Below the pieces are notes generated by a model. It ran no database searches. It worked only from the letters and a program-made list of their open reading frames with translations, and was not told where the DNA came from. The translations under genes were made by a program, and so were the position numbers. Of a stretch of DNA of 64,000 nt, positions 39,701 to 54,162 are shown in pieces (position 1 is the first letter of the stretch; each line of letters opens with the position of its first letter). Source of the DNA: Callorhinchus milii (Eukaryota); NCBI RefSeq assembly GCF_018977255.1, contig NW_024704742.1, positions 72,542,001 to 72,606,000 of the forward strand. The letters are read 5' to 3'.

Positions 39701-39848
39701 AGAAATTGTAGCATCTCTGGGCAGACAAGTGTGAGATCAGCATGTTGCCACCCAGCATGTACTCCATGCAGAGCTCATTATAAACTCCGGAGGAGGAAAT
39801 TTTTAGAATATCACTATCCGAGTACTCAAACCAAAAGGGATATTCCAT
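39701..39848 (-). CDS. Candidate alternative first coding exon in intron 4: MEYPFWFEYSDSDILKISSSGVYNELCMEYMLGGNMLISHLSAQRCYNF(C), in frame with exon 5
   Basis: aaatATGG start, 49 open codons plus T, donor |GTGAGT. T+GT restores the same Cys codon as the exon 4/5 junction. In-frame TGA upstream. Sequence appears non-repetitive. Confidence 0.6.
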
Positions 39849-40400
39849 ATTTGTGATACAATCACAGATTGTGTGCAGTTCCCACAGCGCCCCTTGATCT
39901 CACTCTGTTGTATCTATTGTTTTCTCATGTCTTCCACCTCCCCAGCTGGACAGACCAATTCGGGAGGAGGGTGGGGCGGTTGGTTCTGCGAGCCGAAGTT
40001 TCCGACTAAGTGTAATTACAATGGCAAGGCTGCTCAGCATGGCGTTGGTGTGCGTCAGGAGAGTGGTCTGACAGGAGTTTACAAGCAGCCACAGGGATTT
40101 TTTTTTAAAAAATTGTTTTTGAGCCGATTCCTGCTAGGTTCAAATTCCGTCTGGTAAAATGGGGATTACTGAATTTCCTTCCCTTCCATTATGACGTGAA
40201 CAGTTTTTGCTCCAATGTGTTCTCTGAGTTGCCACATCCATTACTCTCTTGCTCGCTCACTGCTTTGTTCTCTTCTATGCATTTAAACAGGAAAACTTAA
40301 TATCCCCCAAAATAAACACCGCGGGTCACCTCAGGATTATTTCAGATTGCAAAAATATAAACTGATAAATGGAACCAATCGAGCAGGAGAACAAAAAAAT
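39849..40400 (-). promoter_or_regulatory. Candidate internal promoter/5'UTR for the alternative exon
   Basis: CCAAT at 39955-39959, GC box GGGGCGG at 39973-39979, TGCGTCA at 40051-40057, TGACGT at 40192-40197. Locally CpG-retaining and apparently repeat-free. Confidence 0.45.
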
Positions 40401-41714
40401 GGACGGTTCAAGGCCTCATGCCTCATAAGCTATGAATTTAATTTTCATTGAATAAAAGAAAATAAGGAACATAACATAGGTGTTTGAAAAGCTGAGCAAT
40501 ATAAACAAATTAGACCTATAACCAAGCTATTTAATTTGATTTGCAAATGTAGAACTACTGTATAGTGTTTATGCAGCAGACACAAGAGGACTGGGATTAG
40601 AAAAAAAATTGTGTTTACCCCACATGGTGATGGATAAGTGAAAGAACTCCCAAATAAAGCAGGTAATACTGAGTCAATAGTTGAGGGAGGGATTTGCCCT
40701 GTAGGTAGACAGCCACTTCCTCGATGTCCGTGGCCCCAGATATAGCAAAAGGGAAGGTTTGAAGATGGAGGATGATAGCCATTTTGTCCCCACTCTACAG
40801 AACTCCATCCCGGTGTCCCTCCGCATCTCCCATTTTAAAGTCCTCTTTAAGACCCATCTTTTCAGCTCAGTGATTCCCCCTCCCCAATTAGGTAAAGGGA
40901 ATGAAATGGTCAATGTTGCCTGCACTCACAAATGGAGTGCCCAAACCAAAGGTGGACATCCCACACAGGGAATATTCACATTCTACGCTGTGGTCCTGGC
41001 ATTAGAGAAGCGTTCCGATATCTGCAGCCGCCAAGAGAAATTGATATTTTGCTCTCTCTCTTTCAAATTGCAAATATTCAGGATGGAGCCAGTGCCCAAA
41101 ACAAAACCGTCTGCTCCAATTATTTAGATGCTATTATTTCATCCAAATTAAATTTATATCTGCTTGCAGAAGACTTCAGACAGTAATACAGATAAGTTTC
41201 ATGGACTGCCTGGCCTCACCATCGCAAGCCTCATATTCCAGTATTAGGTGAATATGCCACCACAACACTTTAAAAGCATTTCAACCATTCGGGAATGTCA
41301 AGATTGGGAAGCCTGGTTGCAAACAGTAGTTGGGGCCTGAGAGCAGTTGCGCACTGGAGGCACAAAGCACAAGATAATTGGACAGTGCAATGACCTTTTG
41401 CCGTGTCATAGGCGACATTGAAATCTAATCAAACTGCAGGATTCTCAAGTTGACAAGTTTTCTCAAGTCACCTTTGTGAAGCACATGTAGTGGAAGAAGT
41501 GGCAGCACTGATTACATTGGGATATTTTATTTGTATGCAATTTCAGGATTTGCTCAGCCCGCAGGTTCCTGTGCACCACTTGCTGGCTGAGAAGCCAGGT
41601 AATTGTCAGGCTGCTGACAATATGATAACTGTCTCCTGGAACCATCTCCCGGACATTGCGTGAGCAGAGCCCAGGTCGAGTGATTCACGTAACTTCTGGG
41701 GTGCAGTAGATTTA

Positions 41715-42033
41715 GTGGAGTCCTGTAGCTCAGTGGTTAGAGCACTCGCTTTGCAAGTGAGAGACCTGAGTTCAATTCCAGGCAGGGCGAAACCTTGGGC
41801 AAGTTTCCTTACTCCACACAGAGCCTAATAATAATCCCTCCAAAAACCAAAAACAATAATAAAAAATGGGTCATTTTCAATCTACGACTGTTTGTGGGAC
41901 ATTGCTGTGCGCAATTGGCTGCCGCGTTCGCCCACAAATATACAGTCAATTCACTTTACAGTGTGTTCTGTGAAGCGCTTTGGGACGTCCTCACGACGTG
42001 AAAAGCGCTATATCAAATGCAAGGATTATTATT
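41715..42033 (+). mobile_element. tRNA-derived SINE, full length
   Basis: Same family, near-identical to the 35705 copy. Confidence 0.93.
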
Positions 42034-42059
42034 AATGGCAAAGCAATGTTGCATTTGTA

Positions 42060-42550
42060 TGAAGTTTACAAGACTGTAGAGACACTGCAGATGAGAAAAA
42101 CAAGAATGATCCCCATTGTTAGTTATTTCAGAGTCTTGGGATGTTCTCCGGCATGAAAGGCAGTTTAGACATGTAATTTGCTGTTGTTTGTGTTTGAGAA
42201 ATGAGCTATCAGCACCAATTGGACAACCTAAGGCTCTTCAGTGTTGAAAGGGGATGACTCAGACCTTATGTGCAAAATCCAGAACAATATTTTTGGCTGC
42301 ATTGAAACTGTACAAGAAGAGGATACAGATTTAGAGTCGCAAAGGACAACTTCAGGAACAGGCACCAGGAAGCATTTCTTTATTCAGAGGGTAATTAACG
42401 ACTTGAACAGGTTGCCAGTAAGGGTGGTTGAGACCAAGTCACTGGAACTCATTTAAAAAACAGTTTGATACTGTGATGGGAGGACAATAAATGGGTATTC
42501 TGGAAGGATGAGATTTCATGGACTTAATCTGAATTCATCTTGTGATCTAT
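42060..42550 (+). mobile_element. Highly degenerate CR1 3' fragment
   Basis: RKHFFIQRVINDLNRLP. 3'UTR resembles 59400-59515. Confidence 0.6.
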
Positions 42551-43035
42551 CCCACAGAGGAATCCCCCCACACCCACCTCTCTGATCTTTGTTCAATAGG
42601 TTTAATTACTCTCTTCAGTTAAGTCCAGTGAATTTCTTCTGTGCTTGTTCTCTTGTAGCGCAGACAAGGCATCAATGTGGGGTTATCGAGTGCAGAGTGA
42701 AATGTTTATAGTGCTACAGGAGCTCTTCCATGTGCTGCTTCAGTGGGTCGCCTGCCTCGGAGGATTCGATCAATCCCAGTAACCTGATGTAAGTGTTACT
42801 CAGCAATTCTCTTGGGACTTTTTAAAGAGTGGTTTTACGATAGCAGGTACCTTCTTGTCAGCTGCTTCAGATAATGAATTTAGCAACATATGGTTATTTG
42901 AGCTGAAATTCTGTTTGGCGATACATGCATCAGCCACTCATCAACGGTTTGCTACGCTAATGGGATTCCCCATTATAAATCACACATTGCCAACACTGCC
43001 CCCACATAGGGGCAAATGGAACTTCAGCCTATTTA

Positions 43036-43299
<264 letters not shown>

Positions 43300-45149
43300 T
43301 CACTTGAAACAAAGCACACTCATTACCAGTAAGTCAAACTGAGAGGCCATCCGAGTGTGACTTGTGGGGAGAGAATCACATTTCATCACTGCAATTTCTC
43401 ACAGATCAACCGGATCAGTTTTGGCAAATTTAGATATGGGTTTAATCTGCAGATCTTTCAAATAGGATTCCTAAAATAAGGAAACTGGGAGGATGTCATA
43501 CCAGGTAGTGGGAACTCTGGATTGGCACTATTTGCTTCTTACACAATCTACCATTGAGGCAGAGTTCCCGTGACTAGATTCAATGTACTTCCAGTTACTG
43601 AGATACCCATGCAGTTTCTTAAAGGAATGCAGTTATAACCTTTGGATATTAATGTCGTATCCAATGTCAAATAAGCTCAGTGTAAATTATCACCAATCTA
43701 TCTGCACTCAGTTCTACCATGCTCAGATAATTGCTTAATTCACATAAACTATGAGTTGGAGAAAGAGACAAGTGAGAAAATAAACTGGAATTCTTAGCCC
43801 CTAGAATGTTAACAACATATTCCAGATTTTTACAGATCTTACCCTCGAGTATTAGAAACCACTATCACTGTCAGGACACACAGCAAAGGAGGGAACAATA
43901 ACTCACCGTCAGGATTCTACGGGAGGGGAGGGGAGGGGTGATTCTCACTAACAAGATCTTTAATAACAAGGACCTTGCATTTGATATAGTGCGTTATCAC
44001 GTCGTTGAGACATCCCGAAGTGCAGGAGAAATTTTTTGGAAAAAAGTACAACTTTCCAGAATTTACTCAGTCTTGTTTCCTCTCCCCCTAGTCAATTGCC
44101 CGATGAGAGTTACTAAACAAAATAAGTTTTTGAAAAGTCATTCTTTTCATCTCCAAATAATCTTGTGAACAAACTTCCTGTAATTCAAAACAACATTATT
44201 CAATCCTGACCATTACTTACACTGTCTAATCTACCCACGCACGTCAGTGCTAAACTCACTCCACTCTACACAGCATTTCAACATCTGAGGCAATATAGGT
44301 TCAAGGCTTTGAAAGTTACTGTTAAGCATGAATGTAGTTGGTTTTGATAGATGTCTTCCACATATCTCCACATAATTCCTCCAATTCTGTGATCACAGTC
44401 TGAGTTGAAATAAAAAAAAACTTGCTGACATTGCACTGCTCATCCCTTTCAGCATCAAACATTCAAAGCCACTATCTACACTCACACAGAGGTGGCTGAA
44501 CCAAAAATTAATGTAACTTCTTCCTATGGTTTGTGATCTGATTGGTTTCCATTTGCCCATCTCCATCCTGTAAAAGGGATTGCTCGCACCCAACTTCCCA
44601 GGCACAATGCCGGCTGCTGCAGTCACAACTCAAACATTAACTTATTTTTATTTTCATTCGCTGATTAACCTGCTGGATGTCAGCATCATTTGGGAATATC
44701 CAGCATCCACAAATTTTTTTTTAATTTCTATTCAATTATAAGGACCTAATTATAATACCCTCATGTTCAGAGTGCTTGATTATACTTTTTGGGGTCAGCC
44801 AGGTGTCTGACACCATGCTTAAGAGTATCCAAACCAAGCTAAGATTTCCATGCAGCCCATCTACACATGGAAGTTCCAGAGATAGATCGTTGGAATGGAA
44901 TACACACTCTCTCCCTGCATTAGGTATTAGGTAAACAGGCATAGATTGGCAAGAGTCAAGGCTTGGGGACCCCAAAGTGTGCGTTGGGGTACTGCCAGTT
45001 AAAACTGCATAGCTTGCCATTGATATTGCTGTCTGGCAAACTTTCCCACTGTTTGTCTAGCTGGACCACCCTACCCATTAGGGCTTTGGCTTGCAGGGTT
45101 AACAGGAGCTGAATGGGATGATTCCCTGACCCCAGTGACTGGTCTGTCC

Positions 45150-45720
45150 TGCCTCAACAACTCCTTGTGGTAGCACGTTCCACATTCCCACTACTCTCTG
45201 TGTAAAGAAATTTCTTCTAACTTCCCTATTTGATCTATTTGTGACTATTTTATATTGATGGCCCCTGGTTTTGGTCTCCTCACAAGTGGAAACAACTTCC
45301 CTATGCTTACCCTATCAAACCTTTCATAATTTTAAACACCTCTATCAGGTCACCCCTTACCCTCCTCTTTTCAAGAGAAAATAATCCAAACATGTTCAGC
45401 CTTTCCTGATAGGTATAACCTTTCAGTTCTGGGATCATCCTTGTGAATCTCCTTTGCACCCTTTCCAGTGCCTCTACATCCCTTCTATAATGTGGGGACC
45501 AGAAACGCACACAGTATTCTAAGTGTGGTCAAACCAAAGTTCTGTAGAAGTTTACCATAACTTCCCTGCTTTTCATTTCTATCCCTCTAGAAATGAACCC
45601 CAATGCCTGGTTTGCCTTTCTTAAGGCCTTATTAACCTACGTTGCTACTTTTAGTGAATTGTGTATGTGTACCCCTAGATCTCTTTGCTCCTCTACCCCA
45701 TTTAGGTTTTTATTTTCCAA
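45150..45720 (-). mobile_element. CR1 LINE fragment
   Basis: FWSPHYRRDVEALERVQRRFTRMIP...LEKRRVRGDLIEVFKIMKG. Confidence 0.9.
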
Positions 45721-46644
45721 TGGATAGTTTCAGTGAATGAAGAATCTATGTAATCCTTTGCAATTCTATAAAATCCCTGTCCTCTCTTCAGAGACACACA
45801 TTGATGTTCATTATGAGCTACTTGTTTAGTTCCATGGCCTAAATCTACTGAAATTACTTGATAAGGATCCCTGAATCTAAGACACAGGGAGATTTTAATA
45901 GCATATTGGAGAGAAAGAAAAAGTTCACTGTAATTCTAAGTCACCACATATTCCAAGGCACACCCTAATGTTGAAGGCATGTTAATAAAAGCCTTGTGTC
46001 TCAGATGTGAGTAAATATGGTAAGTACAATTTTGATAAGTTGGTAACCTCAAGTTGACCATTTGCATTCCACTTATCTACATCAAAAATACAATTGCTAT
46101 TTTTCAATTCATCCACTTCATTTCTGTAGATTGTTGAATACTTGCACTGATCAACTGCCCACATAGTTTGGTACCATCAGCACATTTTATATTGCGGCTG
46201 CAAATTACTTCTCCAAGCTCTTTACAAATAGTGTAAACAGGATAGCCGAAGCAGACCTACACAGACTCCACTAGTCACTCCCCAGCAAAGCCTCATCCAT
46301 CTGAATGGGATCGGCTACAAAGCATGGTGCAGGCCAGCTGCCTCAATAAATCACTTATTACTTGGAAAGTGGACTGCGGTCAATCCACATAGTGTGCAAT
46401 TAGCCTGCTTATCTCCTATATGCTGGCCAATCTTGTATTCAAAATAGCCAAATTCTGGTTCCTTTTGGTCTCAATTGACTTTGCATGCACCAAGCAGCAA
46501 GTGATGTCACCGCCAACTTCCTGCTTTTAAAAGAAAAAGGCATCAGGAAAAAGGCAACCACAAGTTCTCATTTTTGCAGAAAACAGAAGTGTTTTGTGAT
46601 CCACACTCATCAGTTGGACATTTATTCTTTTAGCAAAAGAATCA

Positions 46645-46878
<234 letters not shown>

Positions 46879-49800
46879 TCAAACCATTTATTTGTTGTTG
46901 AGTTTTCCATCCTTTGCAACTCCACCCCACAGTCTCTTGGCCTTGTCTACTTCCTTGTCTCCTTCAAAGCCTATTTCAAGACCTTCCTTTTCAATCACTC
47001 CTTCAGTCTCTCCACCTCTCCTGATCCAAACCCCCAGCTCGAGTGCAAATCCTTGACTGTCCTCCCGTCGTGAAAAGCGCTATACAAATGTAATTTGTTG
47101 TTGTGGTTAATTCTCGTTTCCAAGAGTAATGCGATTCTATTAGCAACCGAACAATTGAATCACTTTGCATCGCATATGATCTATAGACAACTTGAATTTC
47201 CTACATGTATAAGCCTTTTTAAAAAGTGCTGCTGGACATCAGAGGCCTGAAACTCCACCTAGTCTGAACCTAAGAGTAATTCCAGCCAAGGCATTGCAGC
47301 TGACATGCTCAACTCCTCAAACATGGGGTGGGGAAGAAGAGGAAAAAGAGGGGGATAAAGGAGGAAAGGGAGAGAGGGAAAGACAAAGAATAAGGACAGT
47401 AATTTAAACAAATTAAATTCAGCCAGCAAATTAGTCATTTGAAGTTGGAATTTAAAACCCACAACCTATTCAGCTTTAACATCCAGCTGGCATGACTGAA
47501 GAGTTCAAGACCAATGTTGCAGTGCCAATAAATGTTACACCTCATGCTATATTGCTGAATCTTCTTGTTATTCATGCCTAAGGAAAATAATCTTGCTTTT
47601 ACCCCATCAAGTGTGTAACAAGCGTATGAAAGAGAGGAACATGAAGGGGTATGGGGATAAAGCAGGGAGGTGGGTTTGAAGCGATATCATAATTACTCTC
47701 TGACATCTCAAGGTGCTCAACAATCCTGGGCTGCCACCTGAGCTCGGGTTGGAACCGAAGGGAATGGAGAGTACTGGTGACCAAAGATGACTTAAATGCA
47801 ATGGTGATATTAAAATCTTGTAAAACATCCTCATGTGAAATCCAAAGTGTACACAGTTTATTTTGAATACTGAAATCCACCATGAATAGCCTGATTCATG
47901 TTTGGTTTAAGCTACTGAGAGTAAAAAAAATCATACTTTTAACGATAATTTGATAACCATTCAGCATCTGGAACAAAACTCCTTATTTATTTTAAAAAAG
48001 TACCAAACAAGGATCAAGCCTTTGTCTTCATATTAATTGTGGCCCAAGAAAACTAGGCAAAGATTCTTATAAGTGGTGGTCTTAAGAATGCATACTTTTT
48101 TTTTGTCATCCAGATGTCTGACACATATGGAAACCATCATTATGCTTCAGTATTCAAACCAGACTGAGGATTCATACAGGTACTTCAACTACATACAAGG
48201 GTTGCCTCATTGCCTGTGTCTGGAACGTGCACTCCCTCCCTGGAGGGACACACCCAGCTTACCAAATTCCAGAGAGTATTAGGCCAGGTTCAAGAGGCTT
48301 GAGGACCTTAGAGTGTGCATTGGGGATACTATTGTGGTTTAACCAAATTAAAGTGCTTCGCTTGCTTTTGAGATCTAGCAAGCTTCCCACTGCTTGTCTA
48401 ATTAAGACCACCTTACCATTGAGGCTTTCGCTTGCAGGGTAAACAGAAGCTGAGTAAGGAGAATTCCTATCCCCATTGATTGGTCTGCCCTTCCAAGTCC
48501 CACCGATGAGCTTGCTCCAACCCGATCAGTTTCAAATGCCCAGGGATATTGAGGACCCTTCTAGCTCAAGGAACCAGATAATAATAATAATCCTTGTATT
48601 TGATATAGCGCATTACCACGTCTTCTAGGCATCTCAAAGCACTTCACAGAATATACTGTAAAGTGAATTGACTGTTTTATGGGTGAAACCGACGAGATGA
48701 CCAAGATTGCCACAGAGGGTGGCTCGATTCTGACATTCCATTGTCAAACAAGTTACCTTGAAGCCATTTGAAGAGAGTTACCTCTCTACAAACCAATCAA
48801 GGTGGATTTCAATGCCTGGATATATGAGTGTGTGTTCAAATATCAGGCTTACTCAGCGTCAGATGCTTTGTCCACATCCTCATGTGAGAAGCTGTGGCAA
48901 ACAGTCCTGTCTCGAAACTGACTCCACCATGAGGATGCTCAGCGACAGGTCAGTGTAGGCAGGCACTACCTCCACCTTCATCCCTTCTTATTTACCACAA
49001 ATCCACCTCATTGTTTGTTCTTAGACTTCACAAGTAGGCCAGAGGAAATTCCTCCACTGTATTCTTCGGAAATCAGAACTACAATGGAGAACTGTTTGAA
49101 CACAGGTCTTATCTGCCACAACATTAACCTGCATCAGGACCTTGTATTCTTGAAGAGAGACATGAATGACCAGGATACCCTTGCTCTGTTTTCAGGGTGG
49201 TGCCTCCAGAGAGTGTACAGACAAACATTGGTGTTCACCACAACCCCCAGATACTAAGAGCATAGGAAAGGCAAATTGTATGTGTTTGAGTTCAGTTTCT
49301 CAAAGAAATAGTCCAACTTCCCTTAGTCAATGTATGGACAGGAACTGAGAGGACTGTGTACATGCTACATGATAGCATTGTAGGTTCAACCATTGTACAG
49401 TTCTGATGTGAAGAAAGATCGCTGAAGAATAATTGGAGATTTTTAAGAAGGTGCAGTTTACTAAACTACACAATGCTCCATGTAAGGTACTCTTGGGAAT
49501 GAGTTAGGCAATTTAATTTTTTGCCTGTCACCTTCCCTTTCAAGATGAGCAACTTTCAAATCAGCAATACCAGCAAGGAATTATAATAATTACAAATTCT
49601 TAAATATGGTAGAGCGCCTTTCACATCGAGATGACGTCTCAAAGGACTTCACAGGATATACTCTAAAGTGTGATTTTATGAGAACTTGGAAGCTTTAGGT
49701 GTTCAGAGCTCTCAGGGTAAAAAGTCCAGCGAAGGAGAGGATCATAGGCTGGGAACCAAACACAGCTTTGGTAAAGGATGGAGTCAGATAAACAAACACT

Positions 49801-50372
49801 GAAGTTGCATTAAATTAGCAACGTTTCTCAATACTGAGTCTTGGATCTGAATTGGAACAATATATCAATATAGAACTGGAAAGAGCACCAGCGGGTGTCA
49901 GGAATGAGCTGTGGCAGAAAGGATTCTTCTTTGGTGTTTAAAGCGATTTAAACAATATCAATTTTACGGGTCCACGATTATATGAAAGCACTGAATGGGA
50001 TTTTAATTTCTATTAGCACTTTAAATCACTGGAATGAAATCCCAGTGTTGAACTTATAACATGCAGGAAATCTGTATCATGTTTCATAAAGCAAATGTTA
50101 CAGGACAGGTGAGTGAACATAAAGAAAATTATATCCCAATATTTATCAATGCCATTTCATGGATCTCTTCATCAGATTAAATAAATTCAACAATATTCAA
50201 CTGTGTGCCAAAATATACTTGAATGTCCTCAATCTATTTGGGCTCAGGATTTTCAAACTGCATTCAATACAAGATACAGACATTTGTTCAAGGTCCAGTT
50301 TTGTTTGCAATGAAACGTGCATCAATCTACATTGTAAACCTAAGCGAAATGTGTTTGTTATCCTAAGTTATC

Positions 50373-50659
50373 CTTTGCAAGTGAGAGACCTGAGTTCAAT
50401 CCCAGGCAGAGGGCGAAACCTTGGGCAAGTTTCCTTACTCCACACGCCTAATAATAATCCCTCCAAAACAAAAAACAGTAATAAATTGGTCATTTTCAAT
50501 CTACGGCTGTTTGTGGGACATTGCTGTGCGCAATTGGCTGCCGCGTTCGCCCACAAATATACAGTCAATTCACTTTACAGTATATTCTGTGAAGCGCTTT
50601 GGGACGTCTAGAAGACGTGAAAAGCGCTATAACAAATGCAAGGATTATTATTATTATTA
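50373..50659 (+). mobile_element. tRNA-derived SINE, slightly 5'-truncated
   Basis: Same family. Confidence 0.92.
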
Positions 50660-53600
50660 AGTGGGAAGAACAAATAATTCTGTCAACATCTCTCTGCCAA
50701 CAGTTAATTTCCTTCCTCGACAGGGAATGTCGTTGAGCAACTAACAAGCGAGAAGTGTTGCTAAGGCACATCAGCATTCTGGCAGGAAAGTGTCAAAAGA
50801 TTGACATCGAAGGACAATAAAGCAACAAACATATGGTCCTCCTCAATTGTGCGATAAAGAGCTAATAAGAACTGATTTGTTAAAATTACAAACTGTCAGT
50901 ACGTGGTACGATCAATGAGGAGGAAAACATCAAGGTAATGTACTGTACAGCCATTGGAACACTTCTCTTTCATTATGCATTATCCTAACTCTAGGATACA
51001 TAGAACTATTCACTCTGTTGTTGCTCAGTTCTGAGGACTCCCAGGAAATTATTCATGCAAATTACTACAGGACTACTAAAAAAAATGTTTTTAACAAGAG
51101 TGTGGAGCTTCTCTCTTCCACTCTGTTAACAGTGTCTGATCTGCCGCTTGGAAGCTGCAGACTTTCCAGGAGTTGTTAGGTAGCGGGGGGGAGGGGGGGG
51201 GGGTAGAAGAGAGAAAGGAAACAAAATGTTGGAAGTCAGAATCTTGGACTTTGTCTGGGTACATCCCCTTCCAGGCAACTAGAAGCAAGTCTAGGTGGAC
51301 TGGAGGAGACCTGACGATATCTCACAAGCAGATGCACTAAGCTGCCAGGTTCTCCCTTTATTGTGTAAGATTTGGCTGAGCTGAGTTTTGCTGCTTGAAC
51401 ATGTGCACCAAGTCACACGATTACATTGACCATTGGACGGGCTGGAATAGGGTGAAATCAAACTGTAAATAATATCAGGGTACATGAAAATACACAAATG
51501 TGTCAAAATATATACAGCAATGGTGGCCAACCAGTGGCTCTCAGGGATGCCAAGAAACTCCCCCTTCCCCCAAACATTTGCACGAATCTAGGTAAGTCCA
51601 TTTTCGATGGGTAATGTGTTTTCAGTTTCTCTTGATAGAATATTTCTTGATTTTTGGCACAAGTCAAGAAATATTCAATCAAGAACATTTATGTTGTTGG
51701 CTAACCATAAAGGTTGGCCTTTCTTTTATTTTTTAAAATATATATTTATGTATAAATATAGTATTTAGTACAACAGAAATCCAAAACAAAACACAACATC
51801 TTCTGTTACAATTTTTCCCTCGTCTCCAGATGCAAAATACATTCCGTTGTTTATGGTACATTCCTTCCCCCCACACAGGCTGTGCACACGTTTTTTGGGA
51901 CGCTCCCTTTAACACAGTCAGGAGTCGCCCCTGCGTACACCACATCCACGTGAGCGCCTGCACACACCCTGATAAGGCGTACTTTCCGCTTTCGGAAGGC
52001 GCCCAATGTGCACCGTACGCTCACATGTTTGCTGTACATATATTTTTGGGACGCTCTTTGGTTATATCTCGAGGGTTCTTCTGTACCTTCAGTCAGTTTT
52101 GGGTGCGTTTGGGGGCTCCCCGCACAGTTGATTTACAGCTTTTAACTCAGATGCTATCCACATCACGGTGCTGTATAAATGCAACTTGTTGTATTGACAT
52201 TAATTCACCATATACCCGAAGTCCCCACTACATTACCTCATCATAGTCCTGAAGACTTTGAAGCTGCAGTCATGAATTGCCAGATATTTCTAAAACTAAC
52301 GGGGTGGGGGGGAGGAAACAATATATATTCTCTGAAGCTCTTTGAGACGTTTCAACCATGTTAACCATGTGATACGGAGCTATATCAAATGCATGGATTA
52401 TTATTATAAAATTAACACCATGCTACAAAATACTGCAGTTATCACATGTTAAAACCAAGCCTAAAATGTGCCAAGTACTCTATAAGGCAATGGACCAGTC
52501 CTCGGGCACATCCCCTCAGAGGGAGTAGTCATTTTCCAAACAGGAGCAAGCAACTGATAAAATTAAGCTGAATTTCCATTGTAGTACAATCTGCCATGAA
52601 GCAAGTAAATTAATGGAAATCCACCAGCAGCAAGTCTGCTTTGTCTTCCGTACAGAAACGAGATCATGAATGAGAGATTTAAAGAGGAACACTAGCCTGT
52701 TTAATAGATTGTACGTTTCAATAATTTACTGAACAAAACTCTCTCGCCAAGTGTTCTGAACCCTGGCTGTGCTCTCGTCAAATGTGCCAAACACTTTCCT
52801 ACTCTGTAACAAGCTCTTTAAAAAGTTGAAAACGTTGCTGACAGGTACCACCATGACCATATGAGAACAGCACTGTCATTCCAAGAATCACCTCTAGACT
52901 GGGCTGCTCCACAACTGCTACTGCTGTAATTGCACTATAGTTTCACCTACTTAAACATCTAAAAGTGCTTTACAGGATGCACGCTTTGGAGTTTGGAGGG
53001 TTGGATGTTTTAGAGCAGACATAAACAACTTGGGGACTGCAAATTAGCCATCCCTGTTCTAAACCATGATTTCCCATATGAAGAAAGCAAGTTGTATCCC
53101 TGTCCCCCAGAAAGAGCACTGAAAGATGACCAAGGAATTCCATCAGCCATACTCTGGTATCCCGCACATTGGTGATGGAATGCTCCAGAGCAACACTCTT
53201 GACTTATTGGTTTGGATTCTGTAAAATCAGATTGGCTCTAAATAACTTGGATTTGCAGGACAGGTAAATAAATGTTCCTTCATTCATTCATGTATAGCAA
53301 CAGTGAAAACTTTGCATCGTGCCTGTCAGAAGCAGTGAGCCAAGTACTGTATTAGTGAAACATTTATAACCGGAGGCTGACTGCTACCTTAAACTGAGCT
53401 CTATTTTCCTTGCTTTCTTTAAGTAAAACATAATCAAAACCTGAAGTAAGGCTCTTTACCAAGTTAGACGTACAATAGGTACTGTTCACATTTCTGAGCA
53501 TTCCCCCATATTGTGTGCTTTCAAATTTTTTAAAGTTTTCAGATCGTGTAAAATGGAAACATGAGCCACTCTCTTTGGAGTCCTTGCTCCTCTTCCAGGT

Positions 53601-54162
53601 CCATCCATCAGGAGGGGGCAATTTCCTGACACGTCTGCAGTTAGCATTGACTGCAGCAAGCCATGCAGCAAAAACAGTAGATGTGTTTAGACTCCGAGAC
53701 CAGACTGACGGGAACCTACATGTATAGTAATCTGGAAATGTGCCATTTGGAAAGTGATTCTTTTTCTCTGAAGTAAGACCAGAGGAAGAAAAATAAATCC
53801 TGTTGATATTAGGGAGCGTTAATGAGAACAGCAGCTGTTCACAATAAATACAAGCTTACAGCTCGGGTGTAAATAGGCACTTCAGGTAGCTTCATACTTA
53901 GTGACTCAATACAGTATTATAGTATTAGAGATCAGACTGCCTAAGAGAAATAAAGACGTACAGTACTAAATGCAATGACACTCCAAGTTACATGAGATCC
54001 TTTTTTCCTGAGGGAAGCAAAAGGAAGAGATAATAAATTAGTGTCGATTCTGGTATACTGGCTGTACCTATTGCAGCTTTGCTTGCAACCAAAGGATCCA
54101 ATATGGAATGTAGAGTGACACACAGACAGACACACGGACAGACATTTCATCTCTATCTATAC

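Noticed and set aside
39735..39775. Kinase-hinge-like peptide CMEYMLGGNM suggesting a kinase pseudogene
   Set aside because: No other kinase subdomains nearby; better explained as part of the candidate alternative exon or as chance.
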